A stretch of DNA of 64,000 nt. Source: Kiloniellaceae bacterium. Its GTDB lineage: Bacteria; Pseudomonadota; Alphaproteobacteria; Kiloniellales; Kiloniellaceae. Positions 39,385-46,769 of this stretch are shown one piece after another. The notes beneath the pieces are model-generated. The model was not told the origin of the DNA. It searched no databases and saw only the letters and a list, made by a program, of their open reading frames with translations. How positions within the stretch are numbered: position 1 is the stretch's first letter; each line of letters starts with the position of its first letter. The DNA lies in NCBI GenBank assembly GCA_050290145.1, contig JBNKHC010000307.1, positions 2,772 through 66,771 on the forward strand, given 5' to 3'. The position numbers and the translations under genes are program-made.

Positions 39385-39648
39385 ATGCCGAAGCGCAGCA
39401 CCGCGGCGGCGGAGCCTGCCGCGCCCAAGCGCGCCGCGACGCCCCGCAAGGCGAAGAAGACCGACGCCACCAAGCTTTCGCCCTTGGACTACATGCTGCA
39501 GGTGCTGCGCGATCCGGAGGCCAGCCCGGCCGAGCGCAAGTGGGCGGCGGAGAAGGCGGCGCCCTACATCCATCCGCGCCTGCAGACGGTCGAGCACGGC
39601 GGCGAGGTAACCCTGCGCCACGAGGACGCGCTCGAGGCGCTAAAGTGA
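39385..39648 (+). CDS. Terminase small subunit-like protein
   Basis: 87 aa with a basic N-terminus, then PLDYMLQVLRDPEASPAERKWAAEKAAPYIHPRL, a motif I associate with small terminase subunits of alphaproteobacterial phages. Its stop overlaps the terL GTG start (GTGA). Confidence 0.6.
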   Translation: MPKRSTAAAEPAAPKRAATPRKAKKTDATKLSPLDYMLQVLRDPEASPAERKWAAEKAAPYIHPRLQTVEHGGEVTLRHEDALEALK

Positions 39649-41204
39649 GCGCCGCCAAGGCGGCGAGGGAAAGGGCGATCCGCCAGCGGCTGAAGGACGA
39701 CCTGCCGCACTATGCCGAACGCTGCCTGAAGATCCGCAGCAAGGCGGGACGCCTGGAGGCTCTGGTGCTGAACGCCGTGCAGCGGCATATCCATGGGCGC
39801 CTGGAAGGACAGCGCCGCGAGACGGGCCGGGTGCGGGCGCTGATTTTGAAGGCGCGCCAGCCGGGCGTCTCCACCTACGTCGGTGCGCGCTTCTATTGGA
39901 AGGTGACCCACGGGCGCGGCCTGCGTGCCTTCATCCTGACCCACCGCGACCAGGCCACGGCGAACCTCTTCGCCATGGCCAAACGTTTTCACGATGGCTG
40001 CCCGCCGCCGGTGAAACCTCTCACCAAGGCGAGCAACGCCAAGGAGCTGACTTTCGGCCTGCTGGACTCGGGCTACCAGGTCGGCACCGCCAAGGCGGCG
40101 GGGGTCGGGCGCTCCGACACCATCCAGTTCTTTCACGGCTCCGAGGTCGCCCACTGGGCCAATGCCGAGGAGCACGCCGCCGGCGCGCTGCAGGCGGTTC
40201 CGCGCGAGCCGGGCACTGAGATCATCCTGGAGAGTACGGCCAACGGCGTGGGTGGCCTCTTCTACAATCTCTGGCAGGCGGCGGTGCGCGGGGAAGGGGA
40301 CTATCAGGCGATCTTCATTCCCTGGTTCCTGCATGCCGACTACGCCAGCGCGCCGCCAAAGGGCTGGCGCCCGCCGAGCACCTTCGAGGAATACGCCACG
40401 CTGCACGGCCTCTCACCCGTGCAGCTCCACTGGGCCTGGGCCAAGAATGCCGAGCTGGCGGCGGCCAGCGGCGAGGCCTCCGACAGTTTCACCTGGCGCT
40501 TCCGCCAGGAATACCCCGCAACCGCACAGGAGGCCTTCCAAGTGAGCGGCCAGACGTCCCTGATCCGTCCCGAGCTGGTGGTGCGCGCGCAAGGCCGCAA
40601 GGCGGAGGACCAGTCCCACGCACCGCTCGTCCTGGGCGTCGACGTGGCGCGCGGCGGCGGCGACCGCTCGCACCTGATCGACCGGCAAGGCCGCGCCGCC
40701 GGACGCCAGGTCAACCGTTCCATCGACTGCGCCGACACCATGGAGCTGGCCGGCCTCATCGCGCGGGAGATCGAGCGCCTGCAGCCGGACATGACCTTCA
40801 TCGACATGGGCTCCTTCGGCGCCGCGGTCTACGACCGCCTGCTGGAACTGGGCTACCGGAAATGCATCAGCGGCGTGAACTTCGGCGGCCGCGCCCAGGA
40901 CGCGCGGCAGTACGCCAACAAGCGCGCGGAAATCTGGGGCAGCCTGCGCGACTGGCTGGCCGATCCCGGCGGGGCGGAACTGCCCGACGACCCGCTGCTG
41001 CACAGCCACCTCTGCGCGCCGGGCTTCCAGATCAACAGCAACCAGCAGATCGTGCTGGAGGCCAAGGACCGCATCAAGGCGCGCCTCGGCCTCTCGCCCG
41101 ATGCCGGTGACGCTCTGGCGCTGACCTTCGCCGAGCCGCTGCGCCGCGAGCGCCGCGCCGCGGCGGAACGCAGCTTGACGGCCTACGCCATCCACGACTG
41201 GTAA
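39645..41204 (+). CDS. Terminase large subunit
   Basis: Start trimmed to GTG 39645. Walker-A-like ILKARQPGVSTYV, and an ATPase plus nuclease layout typical of P22/Sf6-type TerL. Confidence 0.85.
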   Translation: MSAAKAARERAIRQRLKDDLPHYAERCLKIRSKAGRLEALVLNAVQRHIHGRLEGQRRETGRVRALILKARQPGVSTYVGARFYWKVTHGRGLRAFILTHRDQATANLFAMAKRFHDGCPPPVKPLTKASNAKELTFGLLDSGYQVGTAKAAGVGRSDTIQFFHGSEVAHWANAEEHAAGALQAVPREPGTEIILESTANGVGGLFYNLWQAAVRGEGDYQAIFIPWFLHADYASAPPKGWRPPSTFEEYATLHGLSPVQLHWAWAKNAELAAASGEASDSFTWRFRQEYPATAQEAFQVSGQTSLIRPELVVRAQGRKAEDQSHAPLVLGVDVARGGGDRSHLIDRQGRAAGRQVNRSIDCADTMELAGLIAREIERLQPDMTFIDMGSFGAAVYDRLLELGYRKCISGVNFGGRAQDARQYANKRAEIWGSLRDWLADPGGAELPDDPLLHSHLCAPGFQINSNQQIVLEAKDRIKARLGLSPDAGDALALTFAEPLRRERRAAAERSLTAYAIHDW

Positions 41205-41292
41205 CACCCCTTCCGGAACCGCCTTGCCGCGGCGGCAACGGCCCGGCGCATCCCCTAGGTTCGGTCCCGCCCTCCCTGCCGAACCGCGCCGG

Positions 41293-41310
41293 GCCACCCC
41301 GCCGGGTGGC
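41293..41310 (+). terminator. Hairpin after terL
   Basis: gccaccc-cgcc-gggtggc followed by the pyrimidine/T-rich tract tctctgatccttcttcc. Confidence 0.35.
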
Positions 41311-41350
41311 TCTCTGATCCTTCTTCCTCCCGCCTTCAGCGGAGTTTCCC

Positions 41351-42784
41351 ATGACCGACGAGGCCTGTGTTGAGGCTGCCGGCGAAGACGCCGGCGGCCC
41401 GCCTGCGCCTGCGCGCACAGAACCTGCCTTCACCATCCGCAGCGTGCCGCCGCCGACGGCGGAAGAACGACGGGCGCGCCGCGAGGCGATGGAACGCGCT
41501 TTCCGCTTCGGCGCGGCGCCCTACCGCGACGCAGAGGGTAAGGCGCGCTACGTCTTCTTCCGGGAGGCCAACAACGCTCCGGTCGAGGCCTGGACCCGCG
41601 ACCGCGAGGCCAAGCGCGGCTACCGCCGCACCCAGTACGCCCGCAAGGCCGCAGGCCAGATGGCCTGGCATCCCGAAGACCAGATCGAACTCGGGAAAAG
41701 GCTGGGCGTGATCTACCACCGCGAGGGCCGCGGCCCCGAGGGTGCAGCAGAGCGCGGGCTCTATGACGCCATCTGGCGCTACGAGCACGTCTGGGACAGC
41801 TTCACGGTCCCCAGGCGTTACGGCCGCGACATCATCGAGACCGGGCGCATCGCCGCGGTGGCGGAGGAGGAGGCCCGCAGGCTGCAGGCCGAAGATCCCA
41901 GGGCCCAGGGCGGCTTCTGGGTGCGCGACCGCAAGAACCTTGGCCTCATCTACGTCGTCCCCAATCCGGATCCGGCGGCGGCTGGCAGCGAGGAAGTCAT
42001 GGATGGGGGAGGCGATGACGTTCTCATCGGGCAGGCCAACGCACTATCATCGCCACCGCCGCTGCCGAGGCGGAAGCCTATCGCGCCAGGGCGGCCGTCG
42101 CCGTCCCCTTCAGGTGGCATGCCTCCTGCTGCGTCCTCCGGTGGACCAGCGCCAATGCCGGCAACAGCCGACGATTACTTTGCGATCCTCCACAACAATC
42201 TCGCCCCAAGAGAGGGTGGCCGCGCGAACCGTCCGGCTCATGTGGATCCAGGTGGCAAGACGAATAAGGGAATTACGCAGAAAACACTGGATCGCCTGCA
42301 GCGGAACAAGCCGGCCGAATACGGTCACTACCCGACCGATCCCTTCGCGCTGACCGATGACCAGATCGAAACCATCCTCCGCAAGGAGTACTTCGATCCT
42401 CTCCACATGTGGAAGATTGCGCAGATCCCCGATCTTCTCACGCTCGCGCCTCAACTGCCCGATCAGATCTTCGACATCGCGGTGCTGCACGGCGTCGGCT
42501 ACGCCGGACGCATCGTTCAGGAGGCTCTATTTGACGTGATGGGCATTGACCTGAGGACTATCAAGAATGGCTTGCTCGACTACGACGGGATTATCGGGCC
42601 CGCCACACGCAATGCGATTGCGCAGGCAGTGGCTACCGGAAAAGTCGTGGAACTCAATGATCGTATTGTTGACAAACGTCGGGCGGAATTGAGCAGCAAG
42701 GGGCATAAAGTGGACAACCGCGGTTGGTTTCCCAGAGTGGAATCCTTCCGAATCTTGCCGGTGACGTCACCGAATGCACCCTAG
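41351..42784 (+). CDS. Polymorphic phage protein C1: conserved N-domain + RTX-like nonapeptide + Pro-rich linker + GH108 muramidase/PG-binding domain
   Basis: 477 aa. Residues 1-208 are shared with C2 and C4. The C-terminus carries the GH108 signature LAPREGGRANRPAHVDPGGKTNKGIT, followed by a PG_binding_3-like region (DYDGIIGPATRNAI). The 3' half is AT-richer. Confidence 0.8.
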   Translation: MTDEACVEAAGEDAGGPPAPARTEPAFTIRSVPPPTAEERRARREAMERAFRFGAAPYRDAEGKARYVFFREANNAPVEAWTRDREAKRGYRRTQYARKAAGQMAWHPEDQIELGKRLGVIYHREGRGPEGAAERGLYDAIWRYEHVWDSFTVPRRYGRDIIETGRIAAVAEEEARRLQAEDPRAQGGFWVRDRKNLGLIYVVPNPDPAAAGSEEVMDGGGDDVLIGQANALSSPPPLPRRKPIAPGRPSPSPSGGMPPAASSGGPAPMPATADDYFAILHNNLAPREGGRANRPAHVDPGGKTNKGITQKTLDRLQRNKPAEYGHYPTDPFALTDDQIETILRKEYFDPLHMWKIAQIPDLLTLAPQLPDQIFDIAVLHGVGYAGRIVQEALFDVMGIDLRTIKNGLLDYDGIIGPATRNAIAQAVATGKVVELNDRIVDKRRAELSSKGHKVDNRGWFPRVESFRILPVTSPNAP

Positions 42785-42949
42785 AGGGAATCAGAGCTCA
42801 AGCTTATTGCACTACTTGCTGGCTATCAGTTGCAGGGCCCCTGTCAAGCTGGCGACGGCCCTTACAGATGTACGCTGATGCCAAAACCATAAGCGGACGA
42901 AATCCGTGAGCCAAATCGTTCAGAACCCAAGCTTCGCTTCCATAAAGCA

Positions 42950-43402
42950 TCAGTAGCGATCCTTTGTCTCTGCTTCGATATCTTTTAAGATCCTCGCTAG
43001 GAGGTCTATGTAGCTCTCAATGTATCGCATCGAAGGCAGCAGGCCACAGGAGCTAGGGCAATAGCGGTTTTCGGCATAGATCCGGTAATACAGTTCATCA
43101 TGAACCTTTCGGAGAGCATGAAGATGTTCTTCAGCACGATCTGTGAACTCCGGGAGGAGCCAGCCGCGGATTTTGGCTAGCACGGCCTTTTCCATGCATA
43201 TGGCCGTGAGGTCCAGTCCATCTCCGTAGGCCGCGGCGGAGCCCGTGCCACGCAATTCTTCTGACCTTTGCCAGCAGTCTTCGATGATCGGATCTGCATC
43301 GAAGGGCTCGAAGGGCAAGGAAACGATGTCACCACCAGCCAAGACGGGTGTGACAGTTAGCAGGTAGGCAAGAGCCGGTACGAAGAGCTTTATGGCTTTC
43401 AT
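42950..43402 (-). CDS. Secreted 4-Cys helical protein, candidate immunity/inhibitor for the C1 muramidase
   Basis: Start trimmed to ATG 43402 after a ggggaggaa RBS. Signal peptide MKAIKLFVPALAYLLTVTPVLAGG. AT-rich and convergent with C1. Loose resemblance to DUF1311/LprI lysozyme inhibitors. Confidence 0.55.
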   Translation of the reverse strand: MKAIKLFVPALAYLLTVTPVLAGGDIVSLPFEPFDADPIIEDCWQRSEELRGTGSAAAYGDGLDLTAICMEKAVLAKIRGWLLPEFTDRAEEHLHALRKVHDELYYRIYAENRYCPSSCGLLPSMRYIESYIDLLARILKDIEAETKDRY

Positions 43403-43522
43403 GATTTCCTCCCCTGAAGCGATCAACCGCAGCGTGCACCGCAATTACGGCGATCTTTGGGCATTGGCGCGCTCGTTCGTCACAAACTGATCCTTCTTCT
43501 TCCCGCCTGAGGCGACTTTTTC

Positions 43523-45058
43523 ATGACCGACGATGCCTTCCCGGAGGCGGCCGGCGCAGATGCCGGCGGCCCGCTTGCGCCTGCGCGCGCAGTACCGGAA
43601 TTCACGATCCGCAAGGTGCCGCCGCCGACGGCGGTGGAGCGCCAGGCGCGCCGCGAGGCGATGGAGCGGGCGATCCGCTTCGGCGCGGTGCCCTACCGCG
43701 ACGCAGAGGGTAAGGCGCGCTATGTCTTCTTCCGGGAGGCCAACAACGCGCCGGTCGAGGCCTGGCGGCGCGACCGTGAGGCCAAGCGCGGCTATCGCCG
43801 TACCCAATATGCCCGGAAGGCGGCGGGGCAGATGGCCTGGCACCCGGAGGACCAGATCGAACTCGCGAAACGACTGGGCGTGATCTACCACCGCGAGGGA
43901 CGCAGCGCCGAGGGTGCCGCCGAGCGTGGCCTCTACGACGCCATCTGGCGCTACGAACACGTCTACGACAGCTTCACCGTCCCCAGGCGTTACGGGCGCG
44001 ACATCATCGAGACCGGGCGCATCGCCGCGGTGGCCGAGGAGGAGGCGCGCAAGCTGCAGGCCGAAGACCCTAAGGCCACTGACGGGTTCTGGGTGCGCGA
44101 CCGCAAGAACAACGGCCTCATCTATGTCGTCCCCAATTCAGACCCGGAGGCAGGCGCCGATGCCGGGTCCGCCGAGCGAGCGGCAACGCCCGAGGATGAG
44201 ATCCTCGAGGGCGGAGGCGGCGAAGGCGTCCTGCCGGGCCAGGACGATGCCGCGTCCGAGCCGGCGCAAAATCCTTCAAAGGAGCAAGAAGAATCCGCTG
44301 TCGAGCAGACGCTGCACTATCCTGACATCTCCTTGCCACCGCCGAACAAGACGTGGAAGACAGGAAAAGAGCCCCCACCGGATCGAGAGCAATTGCCGGT
44401 CATTAACATGGAAAAGGATAGAATTGAAAATATCCTCAGCAATGACCCTGCCATTTTCGAGATCACCGACTGGAGCAAAGCGATCCCGAGCGCTCCGATC
44501 TACGAACTCGGACCATATGGTGCCTGGGCTGTTTGGTTATACCAAGATCTGATTGAGTTTGAGGCAGAACGTCAAGGTGTCGATCCGAACTTGATCAAGG
44601 CCACAATCTATTTCGAGAATGCGAGAGGAGGCTCCTATGGACATCTCTCTGAAGCTCTCGACCGGTCTGACTCGATCCTGCCGATGAACATCAAGCAGGA
44701 AACCTGGGGAGGCCTTCTCGGGCCTGATGCGGACTTCTCGGATCCGCTATTGAATATCAGGGCAGGCACGATGCTTTTGCGCCGCATACAAGAGCGAGTT
44801 GCTGCGCCTACTGTGGCCAAAGTGTCTTCCATATATCACATCGCTGGCAGAGAAAAAGTTCACGACAACGGTGCTCGAGTAAGTCAATTCTATGCACAGA
44901 GGCCGTGGGAAAACCTGCTACGTGCGTTGGACGAGCCCAACCTGAAGATTCCGCGCCAAGCCAGGTCTTTCTGGGAGAAGTTGCGGCAGCGTCGCGAAGA
45001 GCTGCGTAGGCGGTTGCTCGTGGAAAAGATGAAAATCGCAAGATCAGGAGACCGGTGA
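43523..45058 (+). CDS. Polymorphic phage protein C2: conserved N-domain + RTX-like nonapeptide + SLT-type lytic transglycosylase domain
   Basis: 511 aa. Residues 1-208 are shared with C1 and C4. The C-terminus has an SLT/goose-lysozyme pattern (IYFENARGGSYG...ILPMNIKQETW...NIRAGTMLLRR). The 3' half is AT-richer. Confidence 0.8.
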   Translation: MTDDAFPEAAGADAGGPLAPARAVPEFTIRKVPPPTAVERQARREAMERAIRFGAVPYRDAEGKARYVFFREANNAPVEAWRRDREAKRGYRRTQYARKAAGQMAWHPEDQIELAKRLGVIYHREGRSAEGAAERGLYDAIWRYEHVYDSFTVPRRYGRDIIETGRIAAVAEEEARKLQAEDPKATDGFWVRDRKNNGLIYVVPNSDPEAGADAGSAERAATPEDEILEGGGGEGVLPGQDDAASEPAQNPSKEQEESAVEQTLHYPDISLPPPNKTWKTGKEPPPDREQLPVINMEKDRIENILSNDPAIFEITDWSKAIPSAPIYELGPYGAWAVWLYQDLIEFEAERQGVDPNLIKATIYFENARGGSYGHLSEALDRSDSILPMNIKQETWGGLLGPDADFSDPLLNIRAGTMLLRRIQERVAAPTVAKVSSIYHIAGREKVHDNGARVSQFYAQRPWENLLRALDEPNLKIPRQARSFWEKLRQRREELRRRLLVEKMKIARSGDR

Positions 45059-45133
45059 GCCATCCGGCAGCTCTAAAGCAAATTCTTGCCATTATCTGCC
45101 GTCATTTTTCCATGCGCGTGGCGCATTGTTGCC

Positions 45134-45616
45134 ATGGCAGCCGGAAAGATTGACGGACTTGATCGGCAGCTGCGGGGCCAGGCGGTAGGTGATATGGCTA
45201 TTTTCTTGATGATGTTCCTCTATGTTGCCTGGTACGTCGCATGGGGAGGAACCTTCATGGCCTCATGCACCATGGGAGATGCCAAGTCGCTCGGTGGTGC
45301 CATGATCTTATCCTTTCTGATTTTCTTGGCTCCAATCACAACTTTGCCAAAGCATGGTCTGAGTATGTTCGGGCTGCTGCTGGCGGTTCCACTTATTTTT
45401 CTGCTCTTGCGGCAGGGAGTGTGGGCCGTTGAGTTGTTTGTCGTTGTGAGCATCGAGGGTCGCAGTGCCTGCAGCCTGATGATGGGGGATGATTATGGCG
45501 TAGCAAAGGGCGGATGGCTCGAGCATTCCTATGCCTTCTACTACTTCATTACCAGTGTGGCCTCTCTTTGGGCGATCGCATCTTCCCACCGACGATATCG
45601 CCGGGAGGCGACGTGA
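45134..45616 (+). CDS. Small polytopic membrane protein, candidate immunity partner of C2
   Basis: ORF 45086..45616. The start is uncertain (ATG 45134 or 45194). It has 4-5 hydrophobic helices, is AT-rich, and lies directly downstream of C2. Confidence 0.5.
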   Translation: MAAGKIDGLDRQLRGQAVGDMAIFLMMFLYVAWYVAWGGTFMASCTMGDAKSLGGAMILSFLIFLAPITTLPKHGLSMFGLLLAVPLIFLLLRQGVWAVELFVVVSIEGRSACSLMMGDDYGVAKGGWLEHSYAFYYFITSVASLWAIASSHRRYRREAT

Positions 45617-45713
45617 TGACTTTGCCTCATATCGGATGACTTGACAGGCACCAGAGTTCTGCACGCTCTGGAAACGTCTTAGCGGCCTTCCTCCCGCCTG
45701 AGCGGAGTTTTCC

Positions 45714-45959
45714 ATGACCGACGATGCCTCCCCAAAAGCTGCGGGGGAAGCTGCCGGCGAGGCTGCCGTCGGCCCGCTTGCGCCTGCGCGAACAGAACCT
45801 GTCTTCACCATCCGCAGCGTGCCGCCGCCGACGGCGGAAGAACGACGGGCGCGCCGCGCCGGCTTCAAGACCGATCCGACCGGCATCAACTTCGATCTCA
45901 GCGAACTACCGGCCCGCTGTTCTTCAAGTCGAACTAGGAGAGGGGTGTGCCCCGGTTAA
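45714..45959 (+). pseudogene. C3: internally deleted, frameshifted remnant of a C4-like gene
   Basis: The first ~47 aa match the family N-terminus. It then jumps to ..TGINFDLSELP.., matching the last ~20 aa of C4 (DINFDLSQLTGPLFFKAN) with a 1-nt indel. The same leader sequence as C1 and C2 lies upstream. Confidence 0.65.
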
Positions 45960-46040
45960 CCCAGGGAGGTTAGTACTCCGTTGGGCCTACGCACGATGGG
46001 CCTACGTTTAGTCGTCCCACCTTGGGAGCGAGGCACCTGG
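45884..46040 (+). repeat. Direct repeat copy A (~160 bp): 3' end of the C-gene plus a conserved downstream non-coding segment
   Basis: Aligns by eye with 50581..50743 with few mismatches. Contains a ggggtgtgcccc hairpin and the internal direct repeat tgggcctacg-cacga-tgggcctacg. Confidence 0.85.
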
Positions 46041-46135
46041 ACACCATAGGCGCCGCCGGCGGGCCGGTTCAGCCGACGCTTGCGGCCTTTGATGAGTCCC
46101 GGCAACGCCGACGCCTTCTCAGCCGAGTAGCTTCG

Positions 46136-46693
46136 ATGACCGACCACGAATTCTGCGCTGGCGCGCCGTTGCGCGCGCTTGCCGTATTCCATGACCAGGG
46201 GGCCGGCTTCTGGCCGCGCTTCTTCGGGCGACTAGGCTTTCGCCACTGCTTCGTCGCGGTAAACGACGGCCGTGCGTGGATCGTGATCGACCCCTGCAGC
46301 GACGGCACGTGGATCAGCGCGGACGTCGCCGGGGCGGTGGATCTGGCCGCACACTATCGTGGGCTCGGCTGCAGTGTCGTCGAGACAGCCGTCGCGCAAG
46401 GCGGCCGCCGCTACGGTCTGCCCTGGGCCTTCACCTGCGTCGAGGCGGTCAAACGCATCCTCCATGTCCACGGCTGGTGGCTCTGGACGCCCTATCAACT
46501 CTATCGATGCCTGGAGAAAGAAAACCATGGGAAGCATCTTCAGCCCGCCCAAGCCGAAAGCCCCGCCGCCGCCACCACCCCCGCCGGATCCAGCGACGGA
46601 CCCCGCCATCGAGGAAGCACGCAAGCGCGAGCGGGAGGCGGCGAAGCGCCGGCGCGGCCGCCAGGCGACGATCCTGACCAGCGGCCTGGGTGA
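46136..46693 (+). CDS. Hypothetical phage protein (possible permuted papain-like fold)
   Basis: Start chosen at ATG 46136 (MTDHEF). His...Asp...Cys order (FRHCFVAV..VIDP..FTCVEAVKRIL). Its Pro/Ala/Gly-rich tail overlaps the next gene in another frame. Confidence 0.45.
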   Translation: MTDHEFCAGAPLRALAVFHDQGAGFWPRFFGRLGFRHCFVAVNDGRAWIVIDPCSDGTWISADVAGAVDLAAHYRGLGCSVVETAVAQGGRRYGLPWAFTCVEAVKRILHVHGWWLWTPYQLYRCLEKENHGKHLQPAQAESPAAATTPAGSSDGPRHRGSTQARAGGGEAPARPPGDDPDQRPG

Positions 46694-46736
46694 CACCGGC
46701 GATCCCAGGGTGCAGCAGCCGACGCTACTCGGGTGA
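46527..46736 (+). CDS. Small Pro-rich/basic phage protein (69 aa)
   Basis: ATG 46527 after a ggagaaagaaaacc RBS. MGSIFSPPKPKAPPPPPPPP...RRRGRQATILTSGLG resembles a small protein commonly encoded just before podovirus portal genes (from memory). Confidence 0.55.
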   Translation: MGSIFSPPKPKAPPPPPPPPDPATDPAIEEARKREREAAKRRRGRQATILTSGLGDTGDPRVQQPTLLG

Positions 46737-46769
46737 GCCTTCATCGTTCCATCAAGACAGGATCCCTTC

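Noticed and set aside
39540-39644. 5' extension of the terL ORF overlapping terS.
   Set aside because: The extension is Arg/Gly-rich with no similarity to anything. GTG 39645 forms a GTGA overlap with the terS stop and precedes the conserved TerL sequence.
45935-46040. The conserved non-coding part of the 160-bp repeat as a tRNA fragment or att core.
   Set aside because: No cloverleaf, T-loop (GTTCGAATC-like) or CCA-adjacent acceptor could be built on either strand. Both copies lie inside the structural module rather than at element ends.
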